Shown in pieces: positions 38,031 through 50,254 of a DNA stretch of 64,000 nt. A model generated the notes under the pieces. The model did not search any database, was not told the origin of the DNA, and saw nothing but the letters and a program-made list of their open reading frames with translations. Position 1 is the stretch's first letter; every line of letters begins with the position of its first letter. The translations under genes were made by a program, and so were the position numbers. The stretch lies in the NCBI GenBank assembly GCA_965113315.1, contig OZ220372.1, one strand, 5' to 3'. The DNA is from Podarcis vaucheri (lineage: Eukaryota).

Positions 38031-38459
38031 GCAAGTTTCCATACTGGGAGAGAACACCTGAAGTGTTCCATCAAGTGGGTAGTTGTGATGCTACATGCAG
38101 GTAACATAGCTCCCAAGTGGCTGAACATCACCGCTGTAGTTATTTAACCATTATGGCCCCCACATAGAGTGTATCAAAATCGAAATGAGATTGTCATGAG
38201 AATCAAGCATAATGAAAACATACCATAGGAATCCACTGTTGTTTCACCCTTTAACAGGCAGAGAACATAAGCCAAGACTCAGAAACCAGGCTATCTGCTC
38301 TATAAACTGGGCAACTGAAACAATCCCACGTGTTCCTTGGGACATCACGAATGGCGAGCAGCCATCCTCCAAGTAGTACAAAGAAATTGTGAAAAGTGAA
38401 GAGATCAAATATGCATATTGAAAATGCCCCTTTTTTGTCTCTGGACTACTTCTACAAAC

Positions 38460-38615
38460 CTGTAGCTTCTCGTAGATCCTGGAAGAATTTCTGGTTGAAT
38501 ATAAAGGCCACACCACTGATCTCTTCAACTTTGGCTTCCGCTGTTGTATTGCGGTTGATGAAGTTTGCCGTAATGGCAATTGCCAGTTTGCCACGGAATT
38601 CTTTTCGTCGAAACC
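38460..38615 (-). CDS. MICAL3: MICAL3 exon 6 ([19 protein letters not shown]...LREAT)
   Basis: 156 nt, tttag| acceptor, CAG|GTTTGT donor. Confidence 0.96.
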
Positions 38616-39841
38616 CTAAAGAAGAGATGGGGGACAACAACAAAAAGGCATGCGGTTCAAAGGTCTCGCTGCGACAACAAAAGTGCCAATTATATAGGCT
38701 CAGGGGTGTCTTGATAATGGAAGTGTTGACAATGGAAGCAGCGGCCGCATGGAGTAGTAGAAAAAACTGGATTAAAACAAGAGACCTGGACTTTTACTCA
38801 GCTGCCCAAAGACTGAGTTGTTTCATTCACCAGAGTCAGCACCGACAGTAGTCTATCTAACGTATTTCTTATAATTAGGGGCAGATACATTCATTTCACT
38901 AAGTGTGCAATAAAACTTGTATATGGGCCTTTCACAGACCATTCTGGGTATAGAACCATAAAAATGTAGAGTTGGAAGGGAGGCCTGAGGGTCATCAGCC
39001 CCCTGCAATGCAGGAATCTCAACTAAAGCACCTACTAACTATGTAATGTATGTCCTCAAAGTTGCTTCCTACGTTACTTTCCCCCACTATAGTTGCAGAC
39101 AATGTACCAAGTAGTAACTTAGTACAGTGAGAATACCATGAACAAGTAAGGGGGTCATCTGCTCGCATGAGGAGGAGGAGGATGTTTCCACTCCCCATCT
39201 TCCCTCTATCTCTGACTGGGTGCAAATGTGAAATAAAACTCTCTTCTCGTGGCTTATTACAATGTATGATACACCTTGTTGCATGACCAGTGTGATTAAG
39301 AGGTAACTTGATCAAAGTAGCCAAGCTGTGCTTCTGCTACAACAGGCGAAAATCACAGAGGCATCTTACAGATTAACAAATTTATGGTGGCAGGAACATT
39401 GGTTGGCAGGAGCTTCCTTAGGTCAAATCCCACCCCCACCCCCCAAAAAAAAATATTGTCAAGGGGAGTGAAAGTATATTTTTCAGCAGTTCGACTGGTT
39501 AGGAGCTGCTGAGTATGAAAATGCTCCACCAGAGCATAAACAAGGCAAGCCGGATGGTCTAGGTCTAGCAACTTAGCACACATGAACACACAACACTTCC
39601 TTATACTGAATCAAACCAGTAGTCCATGTAGCCAGTGCCATCTACTCAGACTGAAAACAGCTCTTAAGAGATGTCAAGAGAAGAGATATTTTCCACTCCT
39701 GCTACTTAAACACAATCTGGCATCTTCTGCATAGGGCCGGCCCTCTCATTAGGTAGAATGAGGCAGCTATCGAAGGCAGATGATTTTGGGGTGACATGAA
39801 AGGGCAGCAAATTGTTCATCACTTAATGTGTCATTATTGTA

Positions 39842-40066
39842 CAGTGGTACCTCGGGTCACATACACTTCAGGTTACAGACTCCGCTAAGCCAGAAATAGT
39901 GCTTCAGGTTAAGAACTTTGCTTCAGGATAAGGACAAAAATTGTGCTCCAGCGGTGTGGCGGCAGCAGAGGCTCCATTGGCTAAAGTGGTGCTTCAGGTT
40001 AAGAACAGTTTCAGGTTAAGAACGGACCTCTGGAACGAATTAAGTACTTAACCCGAGGTACCACTG
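39842..40066. mobile_element. Tc1/mariner (Tigger-like) MITE
   Basis: 16-bp TIR CAGTGGTACCTCGGGT, TA TSDs, internal TTCAGGTTA repeats. Second copy at 59708-59925. Confidence 0.9.
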
Positions 40067-40070
40067 TAGT

Positions 40071-40430
40071 GGGACGCAGGTGGCGCTATGGGTAAAAGCC
40101 TCAGTGCCTAGGACTTGCCGATCGAAAGGTTGGCAGTTCGAATCCCCACGGCGGGGTGAGCTCCCGTCGCTCGGTCCCAGCACCTGCCAACCTAGCAGTT
40201 CGAAAGCACCCCCGGGTGCAAGTAGATAAATAGGGACCGCTTACTAGCGGGAAGGTAAATGGCGTTCCGTGTGCTGCGCTGGCTCGCCAGATGCAGCTTC
40301 TCACGCTGGCCACGTGACCCGGAAGTGTCTGCGGACAGTGCTGGCTCCCGGCCTATAGAATGAGATGAGCGCACAACCCTAGAGTCTGTCAAGACTGGCC
40401 CGGACGGGCAGGGGTACCTTTACCTTTACC
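40071..40430 (+). mobile_element. Full-length Sauria SINE
   Basis: GGGACGCAGGTGGCGC head, GTTCGAATCC B box, (ACCTTT)n tail, perfect 12-bp TSD TACCACTGTAGT (40059-40070, 40431-40442). Confidence 0.93.
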
Positions 40431-40730
40431 TACCACTGTAGTATATTTAGAAGTGCTTGTGGGATTTCCTGCCTCAGGTGGCCAAGCAACTTGATTACTC
40501 TTGGGTAATATGCACCTTGTCTTGGTGGGGGTAAACATTAGCTGCTCTGCCTCAGGAGGCAAAAGGTTTTGGACCAGCTCTGCTTCTGCATAAAAAGTGC
40601 ATGTTCCATCACTCAACCATGGTCCCCACATCCAGCATAATTTATTTTAATAATGTGTCCCCCCTGGAAGACTTGCAAGACAGTGGTTGGGGGTGCATAG
40701 CTGAGCAGAAACTAGACCAGTAGCAGCTAC

Positions 40731-40832
40731 CTTCCAATGTGTTCCTCCTTCCATCCCCTCCAATGATCACATCAAACTCGTACTCCGACACAGGATGCGT
40801 TTTCGGGTGAACTTGCGCACGCCAACCTATTC
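40731..40832 (-). CDS. MICAL3: MICAL3 exon 5 ([11 protein letters not shown]...[10 protein letters not shown]), DG motif
   Basis: 102 nt, AG/GT boundaries, in ORF 40642..40851. Confidence 0.96.
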
Positions 40833-41096
40833 CTATGAATAAATTCTGCATGTTAATAACATTTTAACACAATGATACCAGATAACATTTCACTGAGCCT
40901 AGCAAAACTGGTGTGGAAAGTTAATTGCGCCTTAACTTGCCTCCCCCGGGGGTTTCCCCATTACATGCATTACTGAAGCAGCCCGTGACAGACACTATGA
41001 CAATGCAAGAACCAGCTCTCAGACGCCACCAGCAGAACAATACAGGCCTTCATCTTTATTCTTCCAGATCCTGCCGCTCATCCCAACTCTACTTAC

Positions 41097-41213
41097 TCTC
41101 ATTCTCCTGGTCCTCAGGAGGGTAGAGAAGCCCCTGGAATTCCACATTGACATGGATCTCAACACCCAGGATTAAGGAGACCTTCAAGAGTATCAGCTGG
41201 AGCTGACGAATAC
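41097..41213 (-). CDS. MICAL3: MICAL3 exon 4 ([12 protein letters not shown]...PPEDQENE)
   Basis: Manual translation, AG/GTAAGT boundaries, 117 nt, phase 1-1. Confidence 0.96.
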
Positions 41214-42153
41214 CTGCAAGACAGAGGGACAGACAATGAAAATGACAAGAAGTGCTTAACATGAAACCTGCTGATTAGCACTAACACATTACCAAGGCCT
41301 GCCACTAATGTTAGCATCAATCCCCTCAAAAGAGCTTTGTAACCTAAAAATATAATCCAATAGTCAATGAAGTGACTGAAAGCAACCCTAGATGCTTCCC
41401 GGATGACTATCAGCAGCAGAACTCTAAAGATTAAAGCATCTGGATTGTGATCAAATGAGACTGTACAAAAGAAAGTGGATAGGAAATCAGAGGTGAAGAA
41501 CTATTATTTTGCTATGGTGAACTTCTTTCCTGAATGTACTCGATCTAGTATGATCTGCTATTTTACCAGGGAGACTCATTAAAACATTTCCTCTCTCATG
41601 TGGCAATAGTACCTCTCCCCACAGAGAGCAATTGAAAAACCTTGTGGCAATTTATACAGCCATGCAAGTAACTATCCACTTGTTTGCTAGAGACTTGTGA
41701 TTATTATCTGTCAACAAAGATAGGCTGCTGCTCTTAATGAACTTACATGTGTTATCTGTGTACAGCTACATACATTAGTTGCTGCTGTATCAATACATTA
41801 AAAAAGCAAGGACAGAAATCCTATGCAGACTTTCTTGGAAGTATGCCTGAATTAACTCAGTGGAATTTCTGAGAATACAAGTGCATGAAAGGATCTAAAG
41901 GGCTATAGAAGGAGAACTCACTATCTGGCAGGAGACATGTTGCTCCCATACCCACCAACCTCAACTCTAGCCCCCTTCCTTCCTCCACCCCAAGCCTAAA
42001 TATGAAGAAGCTAATAAATATTATTGTGGTGGGCAAGTAATTTTCTATGTCAAAATTATCTGGATCACAGCCATCTCAGACACACACACCACCCTCCTCA
42101 GCCCCATCTAAGGATATATATAATTTGTGATGACCAAGAATGGCACCACTTAC

Positions 42154-42361
42154 TGATATGGTCGATGGCTCCTGCACAGAATTTGCCATAGAATTTTTTG
42201 GCGCCAAGGCCCCGCAAGTCATGTATGGTAAATGGCCACAGATGCAGAACATTGTTGCGGGAGAAGGCATCGCGCTTTTCTATCACCACCACCTTTGCTC
42301 CTAGAAAGGATAGGTCAATGGCTGTTCGAAGGCCGCAGGGTCCAGCCCCAATGATGAGACA
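42154..42361 (-). CDS. MICAL3: MICAL3 exon 3, FAD-binding GxGxxG motif ([10 protein letters not shown]...GAIDHI)
   Basis: cag|TGT acceptor, A|GTAAGT donor, 208 nt, Rossmann motif GAGPCG. Confidence 0.97.
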
Positions 42362-43208
42362 CTGCAAGAGAGGAAACAGCTTTACATGTTGTTGTATAAA
42401 GACGATTTCAAAATTGAAACAAGTCTGGATGGGGTGGGGCGGGGTGGGGTGGGGAGGTTTATATGGCCTTAGTTCACTGAAATGCAACAAAAACCAGGAA
42501 GACGTTGAAAGATACTCAAGTGCACTTTCTACAGTTCTGGCTATAGGACGATCACCACAATTTCAGTGGAAATACACAGGAGTGACACAAAGCCAGCCTT
42601 CCTCATCAGGAATCACTTCAGATTTGTGTCAGGCGACGTCAAGTTTTCAGTCTCTTCCTAATATGAAATGGTTCCGCAGAACCAAATCAGGTTAACTGCA
42701 TGGCGGTATGCCTTAGAAAATACACACAAACCAGCTTACAGTTTTCCAAAGCAGCTTTTGTCGACACAGGATTCAGCAAAAGCAGTGCTTGGATTCCCTA
42801 CGCATAATAGTTCCTCCACTTCAGCATTTGACTCCACTATCATAATATTTGGACAGGGGCATGACTCAGGGGTGGAGCATGCACTCTGCGTGCAGAAGGC
42901 CACAAATTCAATCCCTGCCACCTCTAACCAAAACTAACTCATGTTCTGAGTAAGACCTCTACCAAAGTTCTGCTCAAATCTCAGAACAAGTTCACTTACT
43001 AATTCCCCTCCATTCCCAAATCAGATTTATTAAAACACCATTAAATGTACACCCCACTTTTCCTCTAGGTGCTCAAGCTGGTGTGTACACAGTCCCTTCA
43101 CTTTATCCTCATAACAACCCCTGAGAAGTAGGGGAAGCACACTTTGTGAGCTTAATGGCTGAGTGGGGATTCAAAACTGGGTTTCCCAGTTGCAGCCAAA
43201 CACCTAGC

Positions 43209-43344
43209 TAGGCATCCCCAACCTGCGGCCCTCCAGATGTTTTGGCCTACAACTCCCATGATCCCTAGCTAACAGGACCAGTGGTCAGGGATGATGGGAA
43301 CTGTAGTCCAAAACATCTGGAGGGCTGAAGGTTGGGGGTGCCTA
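43209..43344. mobile_element. Small palindromic hAT-like MITE (actacaactcccat family)
   Basis: Long imperfect inverted repeat taggcatccccaacct...aggttgggggtgccta. Relatives at 56754-56876 (TSD CTCCA(C/G)AG), 57254-57405, ~19925-20050, ~48620-48705 and ~30955-31055. Confidence 0.75.
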
Positions 43345-44786
43345 CACTAAGCTGTTGCTATAGTTCCTGACACCATCAAGAAGCCACAGTAACTTCCATG
43401 AACAGCCACTCTGGAATCCATGCCCACATTCTGAGCTGTGTTTGGTGCCCCTGCAGAGATTCTATGCTATCTTCATTCCCTACTGTGCTATTATCTATTT
43501 ACAGCAAATTTTTCATAAAGGGTAGTATTAAGAAATGTGATCTGTGCATGCAATCTGAAATGGTACAATTGCCTCAAAGGTCTACCTCCTCTTTCAGCTG
43601 CATATGCAGACTAAGTGGGTTGCCCACTGTAAGTCCCTCTGTCCTCACCTAGCTCACAGTGTTGCAAAAATGATACGAAACAAAACAAACAAACCAGCAA
43701 AACCAGAACACCCACATGTTCATCCCCAAGACCTTTGGAGGAAGAGCAGAATACAAATGAATATTCACACAAGTAACAACTGAGTGCTGGTGACTGTTGG
43801 AATCCTGTCACTGGCATAGCAAATGGGGAAATCACTCAGAAGCTACAATGGGAATTCTTGCCTGCTCCAAGAATTATATTAGGAAGCGATATCACTAAGC
43901 CACCAAACAGCCAGGACAGAAAAGATAAGGTCAAAGCCAGGGTAGCAAAGATGAAGCACAGGCAGCGTTAACAAGAGATGGAGGCTGCAAAGCACACTGT
44001 GAACAGTGTTGATCTTTGGGAACATGCCGTTTCTTCAGATGAAACAGCCCAACTAAACACAGCTGCCAGCAGCTTCACAGCCTTACATCATACTGCTAAA
44101 TACAAGTTTTAAGTAGATTACTTATTGGTGGTATCTGTTTGTTTTGAAAAACCACCAAGGGTTAGCAGGCGATTAGCTGACAAAATCGGGACTTTTAGAA
44201 CAAGGTGATCAGCAAGTTTAAGAAACTAACTGGAAATTTAAATAGATTGTGACTGAAGTTTATACTTTTCATAAATAAAATCTGGTCATTTGAACTTGAA
44301 GAGTTTTTCATGAGGATCAGAATCAGTTTTTTATATCAGGCAGGTGCCTTCCCTATACTCTCTGCAGCACCTGCTAAAGGCATTCTTATTTAGAAAAGCC
44401 TACCCAGGTGTTTTAAAAGTCTGTATGAGTTCTAATTTGCTTTAGTCTATTGTATTGCAGTTTTAATTTTCTGCAGGTTTTAAATGATGGTTGTAATTTT
44501 TTAGTGATAATGTTTTAGGAGGAGATTCCTAAGACTTCCACACAAAGCAACAAGTAATCTTGCTTAAACATGTAGTATAACCGTACCAGCTGCAGCACTC
44601 TGCGTAGTCCAGCTGCACATTGCCCTGAGATTATTGTTCATCTTAGCAGGGATGAACAGCAAGAGCCACATGGAAAATACTAGCCAACATCACAGGCTCA
44701 TCTATATGTAACTGCATACAGCTAAAGGCCATATTCATATATACTGTACAGGTAAACCTAATGCAACCCTGCTTGTCAATGCCCAC

Positions 44787-45050
44787 CTTCGTGTTGGCGC
44801 ATACTTTCCCCTTCTTGTAGTCCTTGTGGCAGCCTCTCTTATCCAACTTGGCCCAAAGGGCTTTGGCTTTCCAGTAATTAAGCTTGGACTTGAGCTTGTG
44901 GTAGAAAGTACGATAGTCTTTGGGCTTCAGCTCTAGAAAATCACAGAGCTCCTGGAAGGCTTTGAGAGTCCCTTTGCAGGTCGAGGCCTGGACAAATCGG
45001 TCAAAGAGGACATGGGCCTGGTTCATCTTCTCATTACTCCTTTCCTCCAT
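44787..45050 (-). CDS. MICAL3: MICAL3 first coding exon (exon 2), [13 protein letters not shown]...VCANTK
   Basis: ATG at 45048-45050 in strong Kozak context (AGCATGG). Translation matches the recalled MICAL3 N-terminus ([23 protein letters not shown]). Donor AAG|GTGGGC. 264 nt coding. Confidence 0.97.
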
Positions 45051-45175
45051 GCTTCCAGCTGAGCCGCTGGCCCTCCGTGGCGCATTGGCAGCTGCCCCCT
45101 TCCAGTCTGCCTGCCTTCTTGTCAGCTGTTTCACTCATCAACAGTCGCTTGTTTTAATCCACATACATCATTAAC
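45051..45175 (-). other. MICAL3: 5'UTR part of MICAL3 exon 2
   Basis: Acceptor ttttgcttttctag|GTTAATG at 45175. In-frame TGA TGA upstream of the ATG. Confidence 0.75.
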
Positions 45176-45654
45176 CTAGAAAAGCAAAAGACAGGTCAGT
45201 GAATCCACACAAACATATGTCAATGGCATGTAAAAAGTGGTGCAGCTTATGCCAGTTCACATAGATCTGCTTAACTCTGTCCGATGCAGAGAGCTTCATG
45301 GAGCTGAACAACCACTGAGGCCCCATTCCTGGTGGTTAGAAATTCTGCTCAACGTGCTGCCCCATCCTGGGTTTCACGAAGCATTGTCCACCCAACTTTT
45401 CAAGCCTATCTTCAAAACCATAAAGGGTTAGCTAGAATCCTCTGCACTCACAGTCAAACAGCATTCCCCCACCCTCTCAGTTACTCTGAAAGGGTGGAAA
45501 GGTTTAACACTTTCTATGTAAACAAGGGTGAAAAGCAAAAGGGGTCTTGGGGGTCAAGTGCCCAAGCTCCACTGTCCCTTGTTGCTATTTCTGTTGCCTT
45601 CCAGTCTTCTGGAAGGAGACTGAATCAGAAAGCCTTTTGTATCCATGGAGGCTC

Positions 45655-45790
45655 CTCAGTATCAGGAAGTTTTTAATCTGTGAGGTTTTATTATGTTTTT
45701 ATATGTGCTGGAAGCCACCCAGAGTGGCTGGGGAAATCCAGTCAGGTGGGCAGGGTATAAACATTATTCTTATTCTTATTCTTATTAGTT
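45655..45790 (+). mobile_element. L2-like LINE 3' tail
   Basis: ggaagccacccagagtggctggggaaatccagtcag matches 63138-63175. Ends in (TTATTC)n. Confidence 0.7.
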
Positions 45791-46209
45791 ATACAGCCCC
45801 AAAACAGAAACCTAATTTCCATACAATGGGAGGGTATAATTAACTTTGGCTTCCTGGCTTGTTTCTCCACTCATGTGAAGAGAGAAACAAAACAGGGGCA
45901 AATGAACCAAGTACAGAAGAAAGCTTGCTCATATTCTGTTTTAATAAGCCAAGATTTTATCATGCAAATACAGCTTAGGATGAAAATTGAACAGTTTTCC
46001 TACAAGGATCTATAAGTGAGCTCATAGTTAATTTCTCTATCAAGGGACTCATCGGCCTCTATAAAGCAAATGCTGGATACAGAGCCCATGGGGTCAGCTT
46101 TGTCCTGTCCAGGGCCCCAAATGGCTCTGATGTGGGCAAGTTTGCCATTGAGGTCTACCCTGCAAAATGGCTCTGAAATAAAACAATGTGCAATAATAGT
46201 TACACGATA

Positions 46210-46276
46210 AAAAGGTAAAGGTAAAGGACCCCTGACAGTTAAGTCCAGTTGCAGACGACTCTGGGTTTGCGGCGCA
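46210..46276 (-). mobile_element. Sauria SINE 3' fragment
   Basis: aaaggtaaaggtaaaggacccctgac...gactctgggtttgcggcgc. Confidence 0.75.
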
Positions 46277-46884
46277 AGTCATTAAAGCAATCCCATTCCC
46301 ACTCCGAACTCCAAGCCCACAAAAACATTCAAAACATGTAGTATTCTTTAAGCACCTCCCCTCCCCCAGCAAAAAAGGGATCGTTTATGCTAAAAAAGCT
46401 GATAAACAATTAATTTGTTTCCAAGTGTTTAAGAACCAGTTAATTCCCAGTGTATCACAAGACATGATACATCCCTATGCCCTTTCAGTTTTCTATGGAA
46501 CAGAGAAGACTAGTAGGCCTTAAAGCAGAGATTAAAAATAAATAAATCTCATAATTGTAATGTGAAACCAACAAGCACAATGCCCCAGGAACGCAGCAGT
46601 GCTCAGATTTAATAAGACGGGAATGTTGGCACACCACTGATTTAACACTCATTCAACACAAGCTACAGCACCTGGAGAAGGACAAAGAATACACATAAGA
46701 AGAGAACTACTGAAGAGAGAACTCTTCAGGTATGTTGCCAAAACTAATACGCCATGGCCTAGTGACCCAACTACAAAGGCGGCCATTCACAATGGGCAGG
46801 AGTATGAATACACCATGTACATCATAACCCAAGAGAATTATTTGTATTTATATTTTTAAAATGTAAGAACTGCACAGTTAAACT

Positions 46885-47180
46885 ATGGAATTTCCTCTCA
46901 CAACAAGCAGTGATGTCCACCAACTTAAGAAGAGGATTAGACAAATTCACAGAGATAAAGGTCAGTGGCTACTAGCCATGATTGGCTATGTTCTACCTCC
47001 ACAATCAAGAGGCAGGAATGCTTCTGAATACCAGGTGCTAAAAACTGCAAGACAGGAAAGAGCTCTTGCATTTGGGTCCTCCTAGAGGGCTTCCCACAGG
47101 CATCTGGTTGGCCACTGCGGGAAGAGGATGCTAGGCTAGATGGACCACTGGCCTGAACTGGCAGGCTCTTCTTATGTTCC
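46885..47180 (+). mobile_element. CR1-like LINE 3' end
   Basis: KRxLDKF-like ORF end and ggctagatggacc...ttcttatgttc 3' terminus. Family assignment from recall. Confidence 0.55.
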
Positions 47181-47389
47181 TAAGTCCTGAAGACTGCACA
47201 GATACAACTGAAAGTGAATGTAAGTCTCAGAAATCAGAAACTATGAGTAGAACTTGCAATAATCAGGGGAGAGAATGTTTTAATGCCCCTCGCAGATAGT
47301 AGCAAGATTACTTATAGGCCACCCTTCACCACGTGGTCCCAAGCTAGGTTACATACTGCTGAGTACAATAGCCATGTAATACATTTCAT

Positions 47390-47735
47390 CCCTAAAAGCC
47401 TGTGCAAGAAAAGTAAATCTTCGCCCAACTTTGAACAGTGACAATGCCAGCTGCACCTGGGCATTCTACCACCTGAAAGCCACCACAGAAAAGATCTTCT
47501 CCTGAACTTGGCATTGTGGCAGAACTGGCAGCAGGGCCTCCCCTGTCAACACTCAGGCAAATCTATGTGCGAGGCAGTAGTCCTTGAGATATTTGGGGCC
47601 CAAATCCTTTAGAGTTTTCAATGTCAATATATGCACCTTGAACTGGGCTTGGGAGCACACCGGCAACCAGTGTTGGTCTGTAAGATGTGGTGTAATATGT
47701 GCCCATCCAGCACCCTGACCACTGCATTCTGCTCC
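47390..47735 (-). mobile_element. L2-like LINE ORF2 C-terminal fragment
   Basis: HITPHLTDQHWLPVCSQAQFKVHILTLKTL (ORF 47553..47744) is homologous to the element at 62557. Confidence 0.75.
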
Positions 47736-49789
47736 AATTGTCAAACCACATGGAACTGGTTGCCAACCCTTAGGTTTTGCAGAGAGGATTGTATCTGATA
47801 TAAAGGGTCACAATCTTCTTACCAGGAGGAGTTTCATGCACAATGTGCCCAAATGAGAATGGAGGTTTCCTCCCCAAGTGTGATGGTCAGGACTTAAAAG
47901 ACTTATTTAAATAAGTAAAACGCTGAAATCTGGATGTCACACTTACAACACCATCAATGGGACCAGCATTCCAGAGCAACTGTTTTCATCGGCCTCCACA
48001 TCCATCTACCTCCATTAGCAGGCCTTGTCTTTGCTACCATAGGCTGAGATTCCTATCCACGCCAGAGCAACACATCCAATCTCAAGATAAAAAGGAAGAT
48101 AGGTAGAAAGTATGCTTCTATCAGGACACAGAATCTGTAAGTGGCAAGCTTATACGATTTTTAAAAATAAAATGCATTTTTGCTGGAATGGAGATATGGC
48201 TTTAACTCAAATTCAACTTCATCTTCTTGTTTTCTCACCCCCTGGCAGTGAGTAAGCCAAGGCAAATCTTCACAAATTATGTTTCTTGCCATTCCAATGT
48301 GTCAGTTCTCTCTGGAGTGTTTTGCTTGTTGCACATTTGCCAGCACTATGTCAAGTGACATTATTTAGGAGTTGAAGCAATAAGCAGGCATCTCCCCTTG
48401 GGGCTTACTTACACGATAAGGGCACATTCACACAGGATGACAGGCGCCATAAAATCTCTACCCAAGGCGTAGGGGGAACAGACAGGCTGACTCAGAAGGG
48501 AGCCCTATTTGTGTGAAATACCACCATTCCATGCTGCAATTTACACAGTGGTGGATCAAAACAGGGTCACCATCATCACAGAAACCTGTTGCCCTACGGA
48601 CACTATCTGCATACAGCAGACATGATGACCTCCCGGTGTTTTGGACTACAACTCCCATCAGCCCCAGCCAGCACAGCTGGAGGGCACTACCTTGAGGAAG
48701 GCTGGCACAGAGAAACGATCAACACAAATAGCACTTCCATGGGCCTAACCAGAAGCCCAGAGGCAGCCCTGCGCACTCTCCATGGTTACCATATGGTGGC
48801 TGCTATCATGTATGAACCATTGACAAAAGAATTAAGAGTAGTCTGAATGACCACGGTAAATCTAGTCTCAAAAACAGATGCAAATAAAGGTTGTGAAGGG
48901 CAATTAACTCAAGTGGTGGTATTCAACACTGGTTCTGCTCAAAACAGACCTATTGAAATTAATGGACATAACTGAGGTTCATTAATTTCAGTGGGTCTAC
49001 TCTGAGCAAGACTAGTGTTGAACACCTCCCACATTTTTTAATGGGTGGCTTCTTTATTCATTATGGCCTGAAGTACCACTTTTGGCAGATGTTAATGCAT
49101 TTTTGAGAAAAATGACCTGTCTCTTTTGTATATTATTCTGTATCGCACCATATACAACGATGGTAAAAGTGACACAATGTGAGCAACATTAGCACTGTCA
49201 CAAATGTGAGAGTCATTTTTCCCACTCATGCTGCTGATCTGGGCTAAAGGCAACATTACTCTTTCCGGAGAAATGACTGAAGAACGTAAGTAGTGAGTGA
49301 CCAGTCATTATTCCCTGATCAGCCACTCTAGAATAAAGACAGCGCCCTCTGAAGACATCCTACCTGCACACAGAGCCTTGTGTCCTCCCAGAGAGACTCT
49401 CTGTACATATCCCCAAATCACTTCAGTGTATCAAGTTACACTTGCACCCCCCTCAGTTGCTGACAAAATGCTTTTTATAGCAACAGAGAGCATAAAGCAA
49501 AGAACACACTACGGTTTAGTGCCAGCAGAGGTCCACGGAGCAAGGCTGAAGCTAAACTTAGCTCATCCAATGTCCTCCTCTTGTTTTTCCACTTTGCCAG
49601 ACACAGGAATGCCGCAAGAGAATCTTATGTAGTGTCTGGGGAACTAGGGGAAGGGAGTTTAAAACAAAGAAAATCCAAGAGCCATGTCATCTCCAGGAAT
49701 CGAGTGCACGGCCTTTTGACCCCACCGTTTACAACCGTTTACAATGAACTTGTGGGTCTGCAGATTTATCTGCTCACCCAAGGATAACA

Positions 49790-49872
49790 ATTCAGGCATT
49801 TGTTGAAGTGGGATCTAGTCTACAAAAGCTCCTGCCATAAATAAATCTGCTAGCCTGTGAGGTGCCACAAGA
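49790..49872 (+). mobile_element. Decayed Penelope-like pseudo-LTR with dead hammerhead
   Basis: ggcat-TTGTTGA-agtggg..tctac-AAAA-gctc-ctgcc followed by aataaa and tagcctgtgaggtgccac. Both core boxes mutated. Confidence 0.55.
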
Positions 49873-50254
49873 AACCCTTGCTTGTATTGTAGAGCTTTCA
49901 GTCTTTGTGTGATGCAATCATTTACATGCGCTGCCTCTTAACAGCAGGGGTGCAACATTAAAAAGTAGGTGGGTGCAATCCTCTTCCTGACACAGGGGAA
50001 AGGGGGCAGAGGCACAGCCGCATTAACAGCATTCAAAGCGTCCTTCTGCCTGGAGCTTCAGTGATTTCCATCCACTAACTCCTGCCGGGAATATTTGGAC
50101 CCCTAAAGCTCTTGAAATCTGGAGGCAGCAAGCCAGAGAAATACAAGGGAAGGCAGAGGTGCCTGCCAGGTTTCCAAGGCATTGGTTTCCCTGCCTGTGC
50201 CTTTCAGACAGCAGGACCTTGCATGTTTTTGTCTTGAGGAAGTCAATGCTGACT

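Larger units (their letters stand above)
39732..40582. mobile_element. hAT-type MITE, host of further insertions
   Basis: Perfect 8-bp TSD CTTCTGCA (39724-39731, 40583-40590). Degenerate TIRs TAGGGCCGGCCC / CAGAGCTGGTCC. Confidence 0.75.
39598..40628 (-). mobile_element. Old Squam3-like SINE split by nested insertions (halves ~39598-39731 and ~40583-40628)
   Basis: Joining the flanks gives ...ctggcatcttctgcataaaaagtgcatgttccatcactcaaccatggtcccc, similar to the minus-strand SINE head at 54575-54635. Confidence 0.55.

Noticed and set aside
39842-40066. Regularly recurring TTCAGGTTAAGA units (CRISPR-like look)
   Set aside because: Internal repeats of a TA-flanked MITE in a vertebrate intron, with irregular spacing and no cas genes.
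40071-40150. tRNA-like A/B boxes (also near 27520, 42860 and 54600)
   Set aside because: These are SINE heads. No full cloverleaf.
45051-45134. 28-aa N-terminal extension in ORF 44643..45134
   Set aside because: Starts at GTG. The ATG at 45050 has a strong Kozak context and matches the known N-terminus.
49790-49845. Second hammerhead-like motif
   Set aside because: CUGAnGA and GAAA are both mutated, and it is antisense to MICAL3, so it cannot be a cis dimer partner.
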